Below, one piece after another: positions 15,310 to 24,622 of a DNA stretch of 24,792 bases. Position 1 is the first letter of the stretch; each line of letters opens with the position of its first letter. This DNA is from a virus (taxonomy: Duplodnaviria > Caudoviricetes), in IMG/VR virus record IMGVR_UViG_3300035037_000345, positions 1 through 24,792 of that record, one strand, 5' to 3'. A model generated the notes under the pieces. The model worked only from the letters and a program-made list of their open reading frames with translations, was not told where the DNA came from and did not search any database. A program made the translations under genes and the position numbers.

Positions 15310-16670
15310 CGTGGGATATTGCTTCCGGCACCGGCCTTGCCATCCATCTTGATGTCCTGCCAGAGGATGCGCCGCAAACATTACTGCGCGATCTTCCCGT
15401 GGCCGCCCCTGAAAGTTTTACCCGGCAGGATAATGTGGCCGTCATCGACATTGTGAATGTCATCACGCCTTACGCCAATATCCTGTCCGCTCTGTTTGGC
15501 GGAACGGATATCCAGTCTGTTACAGAGCAATTCCTTTCCGCCATGGACGATCCCGATATAGCCGGGGTTGTCCTGCGTATTGACAGTCCGGGCGGCTTGA
15601 TCACCGGCGTTGAAGAACTCGCCACAACAATCGCAGGCATGCGCGGGCAAAAGCCGATCATTGCCTATGCTTACGGGAATGCGGCCAGCGCCGCTTACTG
15701 GATTGCCAGTGCTGCCGACACAGTTGTCGCTGGCCGGACAACCTCGCTGGGATCAATCGGCGTGGCCATGGCCGTTCCCAAGGAAAAGGACTCGCGCTGG
15801 GTCAAATTTGTATCCAGCAATGCCCCGCGTAAACGCCTTGATCCTGAAAGCGCGGAAGGCCAGGACGCTATCCAACGCCGCGTGGACGCAATGGAACGGG
15901 AGTTTATCGCGGCCATTGCCCGCTTTCGGGATGTTCCGGAAGAAACCGTCGCACAAGACTTTGGGCAAGGCGACGTCCTGCCCGCACGGGAAGCCGTGCG
16001 TCTCGGAATGGCCGACATGCTCGGCAACTTTTCCGATGCGCTGGCCCTTATTTTTACCCACCAACGCTCACAGAAAGGAGACGCTATGAGCAAACAAAGC
16101 AACCAACCGTCAGGGGACGGCAACGATAATGACATGATCGCAAGGGATCAGGTCACAGCGGACTTCCTGCAAAAGGAATTCCCGAAAATTGCACAAACGC
16201 TTGTAAACCAAGGCCGCGAAGAGGCCATGAAAGAAGGGCAAGAAGAAGCGCAAAAGAAAGGTTTTGACGAAGGCCACAGCGCCGGGGCCAAAGCCGAACG
16301 GGAACGTATCCTTGCGCTGGAAGACGCAGCCCTGCCGGGGCATGACCAGCTTGTGGCAGATGCCAAGAAAGACGGCGAAACCACGGCAGAGGGATTGGCG
16401 CTCAAAATTGTTGCCGTTGAAAGGCAACGGGGCAATGACGTCCTGCAATCCATGAAAAAGGATGCGGACCGGCAGCCGGAAGTCGGCCCTTCGGTCGATC
16501 CGGAACAAAGCTCCCAAGCCGTGGATGAAAACGCGCCGATTGAAGAACGGGCGGCTGCCGAATGGGATCGTTGCCCGCAAACGCGCAGTGAGTTTGCGCA
16601 AAACAAGGATGCTTATATCGCTTACCGCAAGGCCGAGGAAGAAGGCCGGGTCAAGCGTTTCGCCAAATAA
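15306..16670 (+). CDS. S49-family prohead protease with C-terminal scaffold region (lambda gpC-like)
   Basis: IDSPGG, AASAAYWIAS and GSIGV motifs; charged helical C-terminus (AKAERERI). Confidence 0.9.
   Translation: MTWDIASGTGLAIHLDVLPEDAPQTLLRDLPVAAPESFTRQDNVAVIDIVNVITPYANILSALFGGTDIQSVTEQFLSAMDDPDIAGVVLRIDSPGGLITGVEELATTIAGMRGQKPIIAYAYGNAASAAYWIASAADTVVAGRTTSLGSIGVAMAVPKEKDSRWVKFVSSNAPRKRLDPESAEGQDAIQRRVDAMEREFIAAIARFRDVPEETVAQDFGQGDVLPAREAVRLGMADMLGNFSDALALIFTHQRSQKGDAMSKQSNQPSGDGNDNDMIARDQVTADFLQKEFPKIAQTLVNQGREEAMKEGQEEAQKKGFDEGHSAGAKAERERILALEDAALPGHDQLVADAKKDGETTAEGLALKIVAVERQRGNDVLQSMKKDADRQPEVGPSVDPEQSSQAVDENAPIEERAAAEWDRCPQTRSEFAQNKDAYIAYRKAEEEGRVKRFAK
16086..16670 (+). CDS. Nested in-frame scaffold protein (Nu3-like)
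   Basis: Internal AGAAAGGAG RBS followed by an in-frame ATG at 16086 (MSKQSNQ), right after the protease domain. Confidence 0.65.
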   Translation: MSKQSNQPSGDGNDNDMIARDQVTADFLQKEFPKIAQTLVNQGREEAMKEGQEEAQKKGFDEGHSAGAKAERERILALEDAALPGHDQLVADAKKDGETTAEGLALKIVAVERQRGNDVLQSMKKDADRQPEVGPSVDPEQSSQAVDENAPIEERAAAEWDRCPQTRSEFAQNKDAYIAYRKAEEEGRVKRFAK

Positions 16671-16725
16671 GCCTTCCTTTTTCCAACTCACATTTTCCAA
16701 CCTCAAACCATAGGAGATAAAAACT

Positions 16726-17448
16726 ATGACAACCCTTGCTGCTGACTCGCCCAGGGATTACGAACTGGGAGAGCATAATGACCTGCCTGTTGTCGCCGCC
16801 GACATTATCTATGAAGGCGCGGCAGTCGGCTTGAACGGTTCCGGTTACGCCCGGCCCCTTGTTGCCGGTGATGTATTCGGCGGTTTTGCCTTGCGCCAGT
16901 GCGATAACGCCAGCGGTGCCAATGGCGATAAAAATGTCCGCGTCATTAATCAGGGAACCATTGCCCTGAATGTAACCGGCCTGACCATCGACGATATTGG
17001 CAAGCCGGTTTACGCCTCCGACGATGACACTTTTACCATGACGGCGGGAGCCAACACGCAAGTTGGCTCTGTGAAGCGTTGGATTTCCGATGGTGTTGGT
17101 GCCGTCGAATTCTGGGTGCCACGCGCTCCGGCTACCGTGACAAATTCGGATTTGGCTAATGGTGCCGTATCCCTCGACAAGCTGGATACCGGCATTAAAC
17201 CGTCCCATATCGTCGTTGCCGCCGGTGAAGTCACCTGGTCCGGTGGCGGTGCCACGCTGGATGAAACCGTCAACGGTGCATTGGCAACCGACATTGTTGT
17301 GGCTTCCATTCACACGGTGCCGTCAGAAGCGGCCTATCTGGCAGCCGCTGAAATTAGTGACGCAGATACGTTGAGCCTGACGCTATCGGCGGCCAATACC
17401 AGCAACGACGCCGTCATTTCCTATTCCGTTCTCAGGGCAGCCGCTTAA
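16726..17448 (+). CDS. Capsid decoration/cement protein (DUF2190-like) with C-terminal extension
   Basis: Between scaffold and capsid; IYEGAAVG...IGKPVYASDDDTFT core; AGGAG RBS. Confidence 0.65.
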   Translation: MTTLAADSPRDYELGEHNDLPVVAADIIYEGAAVGLNGSGYARPLVAGDVFGGFALRQCDNASGANGDKNVRVINQGTIALNVTGLTIDDIGKPVYASDDDTFTMTAGANTQVGSVKRWISDGVGAVEFWVPRAPATVTNSDLANGAVSLDKLDTGIKPSHIVVAAGEVTWSGGGATLDETVNGALATDIVVASIHTVPSEAAYLAAAEISDADTLSLTLSAANTSNDAVISYSVLRAAA

Positions 17449-17504
17449 CCGCAGGGCGGTCCTTTTCCTACCAACCTCATTTTAAACATTAAGGAGACTA
17501 TACG

Positions 17505-18452
17505 ATGGGTGCTAGCAAGCTATCCAGCCGCGCCATTATTGGCCAGTTTTACCAAAGACTGGAACAAAACCCCGGCCTTGAATGGGTGCAGGCTGTATCA
17601 AACTATTTCACAAGCGACCAGGAATCCGAAACATATCGCTGGCTTGGGCAAGTCCCGGTCATGCGGGAATGGATCGGAGGCCGCCAGGCCAAGGGTTTCC
17701 GTGAAAACGGGATCACCATTGAAAACCGGCACTTTGAAGCCACGCTGGAACTCCTGACCCGCGAATTGCGGCTGGATAAAACCGGCCAGGTGATGGTGCG
17801 CGTCAATGAACTGGCCGACCGCACGAATGGCCATTGGGCCAAGCTGGTTTCAGACCTGGTTGTCAATGCTGAGTCCCGCGTTGCCTATGACGGGCAGTAT
17901 TTCTTTGATACTGATCACAGCGAAGGCAAGAGCGGTTCCCAAAGCAATTCCCTGTCCGTCGATATCAGCGGCCTGCCGGTGGAAGTCCACGGCAGCACCA
18001 CGCTTCCCAGCGTGGAGGAGATGCAGTTGGCAATTCTGAAAGTCATCCAGCAAATTTTCAGCTTCAAGGATGACCAGGGTGAGCCGATGAACGAAAACGC
18101 GCGTTCATTCCTGATCATGGTGCCGACAGCCATGTGGCATGTTGCCAAAGCCGCTACGGCAGCACCGGTCATTACGCACGGCCAGACCAATATCGTCCAG
18201 GTCATGGATGAAGTGCAGCTTTCCATCACGCAAAACCCGCGGCTGCCATGGACAGACAAGTTTGCCGTGTTCCGTACTGACGGGGCCGTCAAGCCGTTTA
18301 TCCGGCAGGAAGAAGAGCCAGTGGCCCTGAAAGCCGTGGCCGAGGGCAGCGAACTCGAATTTAACGAGGACAAGCACCATTATGGCGTCGATACATGGCG
18401 CAATGTCGGTTACGGCTTCTGGCAACATGCTTGCCTTGCACAACTGACGTAA
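17505..18452 (+). CDS. Major capsid protein, Mu gpT-like family
   Basis: ETYRWLGQVPVMREWIG, ITIENRHFEAT, YDGQYFFDTDH, KPFIRQE and NVGYGFWQ. Confidence 0.9.
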   Translation: MGASKLSSRAIIGQFYQRLEQNPGLEWVQAVSNYFTSDQESETYRWLGQVPVMREWIGGRQAKGFRENGITIENRHFEATLELLTRELRLDKTGQVMVRVNELADRTNGHWAKLVSDLVVNAESRVAYDGQYFFDTDHSEGKSGSQSNSLSVDISGLPVEVHGSTTLPSVEEMQLAILKVIQQIFSFKDDQGEPMNENARSFLIMVPTAMWHVAKAATAAPVITHGQTNIVQVMDEVQLSITQNPRLPWTDKFAVFRTDGAVKPFIRQEEEPVALKAVAEGSELEFNEDKHHYGVDTWRNVGYGFWQHACLAQLT

Positions 18453-18463
18453 GGGAGGGACAC

Positions 18464-18859
18464 ATGACCAAGCAATATATTGTAACCGGGATCAAGGCGC
18501 GCTTTGGTCCCGGTTTTGTTTTGGAGCTGTCTGAAAAACAGGCAACCTCCCGACTGCATTGCCTGAAAAAGAGAAAAGGCAAGCACTATGAAGTGATCTC
18601 TTCCGTGGAGTTTAAACAGGAGGAGGTTATTGGCGTGGTCAAAGGCACTGTCCCCAAGGCTTTGGAAGGTACTTTGGAAGAACGCACGTCCCAAAAGGAA
18701 GAAAAGCTTCCGCCGCCGGATAGCTTCAAGATGGAGCATAAGGGCTTTGGCAAATGGGATGTCCTGGATTCCAAAGGCAAAGCCCTGAATGACAAGCCCC
18801 TGACCAAGCAAGAGGCACAGGCCCTTATTGACCGTATGCAGGAAGAAAGCGGCATATGA
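18464..18859 (+). CDS. Hypothetical phage protein after the capsid gene
   Basis: GGGAGG RBS before ATG 18464; ATGA overlap with the next gene. Confidence 0.7.
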   Translation: MTKQYIVTGIKARFGPGFVLELSEKQATSRLHCLKKRKGKHYEVISSVEFKQEEVIGVVKGTVPKALEGTLEERTSQKEEKLPPPDSFKMEHKGFGKWDVLDSKGKALNDKPLTKQEAQALIDRMQEESGI

Positions 18860-19167
18860 CCCCGGTTGGTACGACCGCCATAGATGCTGTTTTCGACGTG
18901 CATGGTATTGACGCCACTTACACGCCGCAAGGCGAAAGCCCTGTGACAGTCCGTGTTTTGCGAAGTGCCGGGGATGAAACCCTGGGCTTTGGCGAAACAC
19001 GGCTTCACACGGCGTCCAATATTTTTGAAATCCGCCGCAGCGAACCCATTACACCGCAGGACGGCGACACGATTACGATAGAGGGCGAAAATTTTATCAT
19101 CCAGGGCAGCCCGCAAGTCCGCGACACGGACCGGCTGGTCTGGACAATGGAAGCATACCCGGCATGA
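18856..19167 (+). CDS. Head-tail joining (head closure) protein
   Basis: DATYTP...PQDGDTITIEGENFIIQGSP...LVW pattern; position. Confidence 0.7.
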   Translation: MTPVGTTAIDAVFDVHGIDATYTPQGESPVTVRVLRSAGDETLGFGETRLHTASNIFEIRRSEPITPQDGDTITIEGENFIIQGSPQVRDTDRLVWTMEAYPA

Positions 19168-19820
19168 AATTCACAGCAGGCATAACACAATCCATCCGCA
19201 AAGACATGGAGCGCGAATTCCGTTCGCTTTCCGCCGGGATCAAGGATGGCGTCAATGAGGCGACGGACGGCCTGAAAAAAGGAATCCGCAGCCAGGTTAC
19301 CAATGCGGGCATGAGCCGGAGGCTGGCCAATACCGTGCGCGGCAAGGTCTATAACAATGACGGCCATAACCCTGCCGGTTTTGTTTACACGAAAGCGCCG
19401 GACATTATCCGCGCTTTCGATACCGGTGTGACGATCAAGCCCGACAAGGGAACGTGGCTGGCCATCCCGACGGACAATATCCCAAAATTCCTTGGCAAGT
19501 ATAAAGTCACGCCCGAAAGGCTTCTTCGGAATCCTTTCTACCGCAAACATATGCGCTATGTGCCGGTTGATGACCGCACAGCCCTGATTGTGGCCACCGG
19601 CGTCCGCACGTCGAAGGCAAAGAGAAGCTCCAAGTTCATTTTCAAGGAAAGCAAGAGCAAGAAGAACAGGAACAAGGATACCGTCCTTTTTGTCCTGAAA
19701 AAACAGGTGCGGATCGACAAGCGCCTTGATACGCAGCGCGAGGCGAAGAAATGGGCCGACAAGCTGCCGGAATTGATTGCGGGAGCGCATGTCCGGCGCA
19801 GCGAGACGGACGGCACATGA
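19164..19820 (+). CDS. Neck/tail-completion protein (DUF6441-like)
   Basis: Basic protein with RRLANTVR, IRAFDTGVTI and WLAIPT; position. Confidence 0.65.
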   Translation: MKFTAGITQSIRKDMEREFRSLSAGIKDGVNEATDGLKKGIRSQVTNAGMSRRLANTVRGKVYNNDGHNPAGFVYTKAPDIIRAFDTGVTIKPDKGTWLAIPTDNIPKFLGKYKVTPERLLRNPFYRKHMRYVPVDDRTALIVATGVRTSKAKRSSKFIFKESKSKKNRNKDTVLFVLKKQVRIDKRLDTQREAKKWADKLPELIAGAHVRRSETDGT

Positions 19821-20251
19821 GTTCGAAAATAGAGAACATACTGGAAAAGCTGCGCGACCTGCTGGCCGCCGCATGCGACGCGGACATCCGGCTTGATGAC
19901 GGCCTGCCCGACAAGATACCGCCGGACGGGCTTGTCATTATATATGAGGGTGATCCCGGCGAGCCGGATATCGCCCTTGGCGGGTTTTCCAGTGCCTATT
20001 ACCAGCAGGATATTGAAATCGCCGTCCACGTCCAGCACGGGGACCCGGAAACACGGCGGCAAAAGTTTTACGCCATATTACGCCAGATCGGGCAAGTCCT
20101 TGAGGACCATCCCACCCTGGACGGCCTGATACAGGGCCGGGAATACGGCAGCCCGCAGCCCGAACATGTTCCCGCCGAAGGGGCCGCGCCGATTAAGGCC
20201 GCCACGCTCATCGTGACCGTCGATTACGAAACGGACGCGCCGCTGTCCTGA
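19817..20251 (+). CDS. Tail terminator-like protein
   Basis: ATGA overlap at 19817; acidic 144-aa protein (GDPGEP, PTLDGL, YETDAPL) directly before the tail tube gene. Confidence 0.65.
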   Translation: MSSKIENILEKLRDLLAAACDADIRLDDGLPDKIPPDGLVIIYEGDPGEPDIALGGFSSAYYQQDIEIAVHVQHGDPETRRQKFYAILRQIGQVLEDHPTLDGLIQGREYGSPQPEHVPAEGAAPIKAATLIVTVDYETDAPLS

Positions 20252-20276
20252 CCGGCAACACATACCAGCAACCACG

Positions 20277-20306
20277 CCGCCAGCCATTGCCGCTGGCGGT
20301 TTTTTT
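20277..20306 (+). terminator. Rho-independent terminator-like hairpin upstream of the tail tube gene
   Basis: CCGCCAGC-CATTGCC-GCTGGCGG followed by seven T. Confidence 0.65.
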
Positions 20307-20327
20307 ATGAACTGAAAGGAGATCAAC

Positions 20328-21611
20328 ATGGCAAGAGCATATGGTTCCAGCGCCTCCCTGCTTTTGAAGCGGGAGGCCGCTTACGGCCAGCAGGCAACGG
20401 GCGATTTTTACAAAATGCCCTTTACCAGCAGCAATCTCGGCAGCGAACAGGGATTGATCGACGATCCCGTCCTTGGGCTTGGCCGTGATCCTGCCGCGCC
20501 CTTGCAGGATGTGATCAATGATGACGGCGATATTGTCGTGCCGGTTGATCCGCGCTATCTCGGCCTGTGGCTGGCAGGTGTTTTCGGCGATCCCACGTCG
20601 GGCGATGTGGCGGCTACCGGCAGCATTGATTTTGCAGGCCAGCCCGACCCCGGCGATACGATTGAGATCAACGGCGTCACATTTACTTTCACTGACCAGA
20701 CGCCGGGGGCCGGTGAAATTGAAATCCAGGGCACGGTCACGCAAACAGTTGATGAAGCCGTTACGGTCCTGAATGGATCGGCGGATACGGATGTCGATGA
20801 TGCGACCTACAGCCGCCCGTCCGGGACACAGCAGCTTTTAATCACGCATGATACGGATGGACAGGCCGGAAACGCTTTCACGCTGGCAGGCAGCTTTGCC
20901 AGCGGCGCGGCAACAGCCACCGTAAGAGGGGATACCTTGACCGGCGGCGGCACGGAACACGTCTTTGTGTCCGGCAAGACCAGCCTGCCCAGTTACACGG
21001 CGGAAATCGGCCATCCGCAAGTCCCGGCGCATTTCATTCATACCGGCACGGTTTTTAATTCCATTGCCTTCGACTTCCAGCGGTCCGGCCCGGCGCTGGC
21101 GACAATAAACGCCATTGCCCAAGGCGAAGAGCGGTTTAACGCTTCGCAGGGCGGTACGCCGCAGGAATTGACCTTCGACCGGATCAGCCAGTTTAAGGGC
21201 GCAATCCTAAGCGGCGGCGAAAGCCTTGCGAACCTGACCTCCGGCAGCGTGACCTATTCCAACAACATGGAGCGTATCGAAACCATCCGCGACGACGGCA
21301 AGATCGATGGGGCCGATCCGACAATCGCCGCCCTGACCGGCACGATCAATGTCCGTTTTTCCGATACGGCGCTCATTGACAAAGCGGCAGGCGGGACGCC
21401 GGTTGATCTCGCCTTTTCCTATACGCTCTCTGCCGGTTTCAAATTGAGCCTGACGGCGCATGAAGTTTACCTGCCCAAACCCAAACTGGCCGTGCAGGGA
21501 CCGGGCGGCGTCCAGGCCTCGTTCGATTTCCGGGGCGCGAAGAATGATGCCCAGGGCCGGATGCTTACCGCCACCCTTTTGAACGATCTTGATGGAAGCG
21601 ACTACCTGTAA
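20328..21611 (+). CDS. Major tail tube protein with an internal extra domain
   Basis: MARAYGS...LGSEQGLIDDPVLGLGRDP, YSNNMERIETIR and GPGGVQASFDF; AAAGGAG RBS; position before chaperone and tape measure. Confidence 0.8.
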   Translation: MARAYGSSASLLLKREAAYGQQATGDFYKMPFTSSNLGSEQGLIDDPVLGLGRDPAAPLQDVINDDGDIVVPVDPRYLGLWLAGVFGDPTSGDVAATGSIDFAGQPDPGDTIEINGVTFTFTDQTPGAGEIEIQGTVTQTVDEAVTVLNGSADTDVDDATYSRPSGTQQLLITHDTDGQAGNAFTLAGSFASGAATATVRGDTLTGGGTEHVFVSGKTSLPSYTAEIGHPQVPAHFIHTGTVFNSIAFDFQRSGPALATINAIAQGEERFNASQGGTPQELTFDRISQFKGAILSGGESLANLTSGSVTYSNNMERIETIRDDGKIDGADPTIAALTGTINVRFSDTALIDKAAGGTPVDLAFSYTLSAGFKLSLTAHEVYLPKPKLAVQGPGGVQASFDFRGAKNDAQGRMLTATLLNDLDGSDYL

Positions 21612-21621
21612 AGGAGGAATG

Positions 21622-22059
21622 ATGATCAGCTTACAAGCCAAGACAGAGCCGTATGATATTGACCTGCCATACGGCATATCGGTAACGGTCACGCCGCTGA
21701 CCACGCCCGGCATGCTGGCCGCCCAGGCCGCCGCCCGGCGCATGGCGGAAAAAGAATGTCCCGAAAACGCCGATGCGCAAACGCGGGACGGTATATACCA
21801 GGCCCACCTGATATACGAACTGGCTGCCCGCCACATAAAAACGATACGTGGCGTAGTTATGAACGGAGAAGACGCACCAGCCACGCCGGACAATATCCGC
21901 GCCGTCATGGACCTTTATCCCGTCGGCGAGCGGTTTTACCAGGAATTTACCCTCCGTCAGGTATTGCTCAATGCAGCAAAAAACGGATCAGGGGCCTCTG
22001 CGAATGGCATTTCCAGCGCGGCGGAGGCCCCGAATACTGCACAGGATGCCGCGAACTGA
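21622..22059 (+). CDS. Tail assembly chaperone (gpG-like)
   Basis: AAGGAGG RBS with ATGs at 21619 and 21622; between tube and tape measure; contains slippery A AAA AAC at 21978-21984. Confidence 0.7.
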   Translation: MISLQAKTEPYDIDLPYGISVTVTPLTTPGMLAAQAAARRMAEKECPENADAQTRDGIYQAHLIYELAARHIKTIRGVVMNGEDAPATPDNIRAVMDLYPVGERFYQEFTLRQVLLNAAKNGSGASANGISSAAEAPNTAQDAAN

Positions 22060-22319
22060 ACGGCGGCGAATGTGCCGCATGCCCGTACAAGGTCCACGCT
22101 TTTATTCATGACGAGGAATTCCAGGCATGGGACGTCTTGATGGCCTGTCTTGGACAGTTGCGCGTGGCTCCGTCCGGGCAGGTCACCGGCCTTGATATGG
22201 CGGCGGCGCTTATGACCGCGCAGGTGCGCGGCTATGATGCGGACACCGTCTCAGAACTTTTGCAGGAAGCGGAATCCGTGATGATCCCTTTATTAAACAG
22301 CACACCCGATAATGGCTAG
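21978..22319 (+). CDS. gpT-like C-terminal part of the G-T chaperone reached by -1 frameshift
   Basis: The -1 frame reads KKRIRGLCEWHFQRGGGPEYCTGC...CAACP...GLDMAAAL and overlaps the tape measure start. Confidence 0.7.
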   Translation, partial: KKRIRGLCEWHFQRGGGPEYCTGCRELNGGECAACPYKVHAFIHDEEFQAWDVLMACLGQLRVAPSGQVTGLDMAAALMTAQVRGYDADTVSELLQEAESVMIPLLNSTPDNG

Positions 22320-24567
22320 GAAAATCAGGAACACATACGCCGTCCGCCTGACGGTTGAGGACGGTGGCAAGGCCAAGGCCGAACTGGTTGATGTCGGCAA
22401 TACCGGCGACAAGTCCCTGGACAAGATCAGGAAAGGCGGCAAGAAAGCCTCAAGAGGGTTAGACAATCTCACTGACCGTGCCCGGTCGTTGGCCCGGCAA
22501 ATGCAGTTTTTAAAAGCCGCTGCTTTTGCTGCCGCGGGTGCGGGCGGCCTGGCCCTGCTTTTGAAAAACTCCGTTGATACGGCCAAGAATATCCGCGACA
22601 TGTCCAACCGTGCTGGTGTAGCGGTGGAAACTTTCCAGGAACTGGAATTTGCCGCCCGGCAATTCGGCGTCCAGCAAGACGGCCTTGCCGACGGCCTGAA
22701 AGAACTCGCGCTCCGGGCCGATGAATTCGTCAAGACCGGCAGCGGTCCGGCAGCCGAAGCTTTTGCGGCTCTCGGCCTTAGCCGGGAAGACTTGCGCGAA
22801 AACCTTGATAACGTGGACGCCCTGTTCGACCAAGTTTTGAGCCGGTTCCAAAACCTGGATACGCAAGCGCAGAAAATCCGCGTCCTTGATGAAGTTTTCG
22901 GCGGCACGGCCGGGGAGCAATTCCTTGAATTCATGGATCAGGGCAACAATGCGATCCATGACATGCGGCAAAGCGCACGGGATTTCGGCGTTGTCTTTTC
23001 CGGGGAATTTATCGACAAGGCGGTTACGGCGGAAAACCAGATCAACACGCTGGGAAGCGTGATCAAGACGAATTTCCAGCGCGGCCTGATAGAGGGCTTT
23101 GTTGATGAATTCGGCGATTTAAGCGGCCTGTTAAAAGACCCGGAATTCAAGCAGGCCGTCCAGGATTTGGGGCTGTTGACGGCTGACCTGTTGCGGCTTC
23201 TTGGGACGACGGCAGGCTTTCTCAATGACGTGCGTAACGGCTTTGTTACCGGCGCGGAACAAGTCGGCGAAAGCCTCGGCAATCTTGTGCGCCGGGCACA
23301 GGGTCGTCAAACTGTCGATATCCCGGAGCTTGGCTTTTCAAAGAACACAACCGACTTTGAACGTTTTTACGGCCAGGGGCCGACACTCGATACGCCCCTG
23401 CCGTTTTCACCCGTTCCTGAAACAAGCCCGAAGCCAGACCCGGAAACGGCCAGGGACTTGCAGGAAGAAAATGACCTCCGGGCCGAAAATACAGAACTTA
23501 CAAACCAGCAGGCCGATGCAGACCGTTCACGCGGGAAAACCGCTGCGGATGTAAACAAGGCGGTGGTAACGGCGCTGGAACGGGAAATCGCCGCCCTTGG
23601 AAAATCGGAACGGCAAAACTTTATAGACCAAGCCGTCCGGCGCTTGTCTGCCGACGCTACGGAAGCCCAGCGCCGGGAGGTGGAACGGCTTGCCGGGGCC
23701 TTCTTCGACGAACAGCAGGCCATGGAAGAAAGGCGCAAGGAAGAAGAGCGCCGTAAGCGGCTGATTGAGGATATCAAGCGCCTGACCGAAGAACAGGCTT
23801 CCGCGCAGGACAAATACAATCAGGAAATGGCGGAGCTAAACCGGCTCCTCAAGGAAGGCGCGATAAACCAGCAGGAATTTGAAGCCGCTTCCAAACGCGC
23901 CCGCGATAACATGCTCCAGCACAGCCGGGAATGGTCTGCCGGTGTCCAGCGCGCCTTGCAAGATTACGCCGCCGAGGCCACAGATATGGCTTCGCAGGTC
24001 CAGCAGGTGACCATGCGCATGATCCAGGGCCTCGAAGACGCCCTTGTCGAATTTACGACAACCGGCAAATTCAACTGGCGCGACATGGTGGATTCCATGA
24101 TCGCCGATATTACCCGCCTGATCATACGGACGCAGATTACGGGACCGCTGGCCGGGGCGCTGAACAATGTCATCGGCGGCTTTTTTGCCAATGCCGACGG
24201 CAATGTGTTTTCAGGCGGCATGCCGGTGCGGGCTTTCGGCCATGGCACCATCGTTCACAACCCGACCGTCTTTCCCATGGCAAACGGTATCGGGCTTATG
24301 GGCGAAGAAGGGCCGGAAGCGATCATGCCGCTGCGCCGCCTGCCAAGCGGCAGGCTTGGCGTGGAATCAACCGGCAACAACCCGACCTATGCCGTCAATG
24401 TTGATGCGCGGGGTGCGACTGACCCGGCAGCCACGTCCCGGCAGGTGGAAGTGGCTGTGGACCGTGCGTTAAGTGCCCGCGTACCGGGCATTGTCAGAAC
24501 GAGCGTCTCGGCGGCCCGCTCCGAAGTTGTCGATATGTGGCACAGGCGGGGTGGTAGGTTTGACTGA
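22312..24567 (+). CDS. Tail tape measure protein (lambda-type C-terminal region)
   Basis: 751 aa, helical and Ala-rich; LEDALVEFTTTGK and GLMGEEGPEAIMPL motifs; follows the chaperone genes. Confidence 0.9.
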   Translation: MARKIRNTYAVRLTVEDGGKAKAELVDVGNTGDKSLDKIRKGGKKASRGLDNLTDRARSLARQMQFLKAAAFAAAGAGGLALLLKNSVDTAKNIRDMSNRAGVAVETFQELEFAARQFGVQQDGLADGLKELALRADEFVKTGSGPAAEAFAALGLSREDLRENLDNVDALFDQVLSRFQNLDTQAQKIRVLDEVFGGTAGEQFLEFMDQGNNAIHDMRQSARDFGVVFSGEFIDKAVTAENQINTLGSVIKTNFQRGLIEGFVDEFGDLSGLLKDPEFKQAVQDLGLLTADLLRLLGTTAGFLNDVRNGFVTGAEQVGESLGNLVRRAQGRQTVDIPELGFSKNTTDFERFYGQGPTLDTPLPFSPVPETSPKPDPETARDLQEENDLRAENTELTNQQADADRSRGKTAADVNKAVVTALEREIAALGKSERQNFIDQAVRRLSADATEAQRREVERLAGAFFDEQQAMEERRKEEERRKRLIEDIKRLTEEQASAQDKYNQEMAELNRLLKEGAINQQEFEAASKRARDNMLQHSREWSAGVQRALQDYAAEATDMASQVQQVTMRMIQGLEDALVEFTTTGKFNWRDMVDSMIADITRLIIRTQITGPLAGALNNVIGGFFANADGNVFSGGMPVRAFGHGTIVHNPTVFPMANGIGLMGEEGPEAIMPLRRLPSGRLGVESTGNNPTYAVNVDARGATDPAATSRQVEVAVDRALSARVPGIVRTSVSAARSEVVDMWHRRGGRFD

Positions 24568-24622
24568 CCTTTCAGAAAAGTTATTTGATGCTAATATCAA
24601 TACAGTCTAAAAGCGGAGAATT

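Noticed and set aside
19005-19874. Long minus-strand ORFs (289 aa here; also 16651-17313, 21207-21908, 22293-22934)
   Set aside because: Antisense shadows of well-supported + strand phage genes, with no recognisable motifs.
11149-24567. Gene transfer agent or tailocin
   Set aside because: Own replication genes, a cos-like site with GpA terminase and a full head module point to a prophage; the gene set does not resemble the RcGTA cluster.
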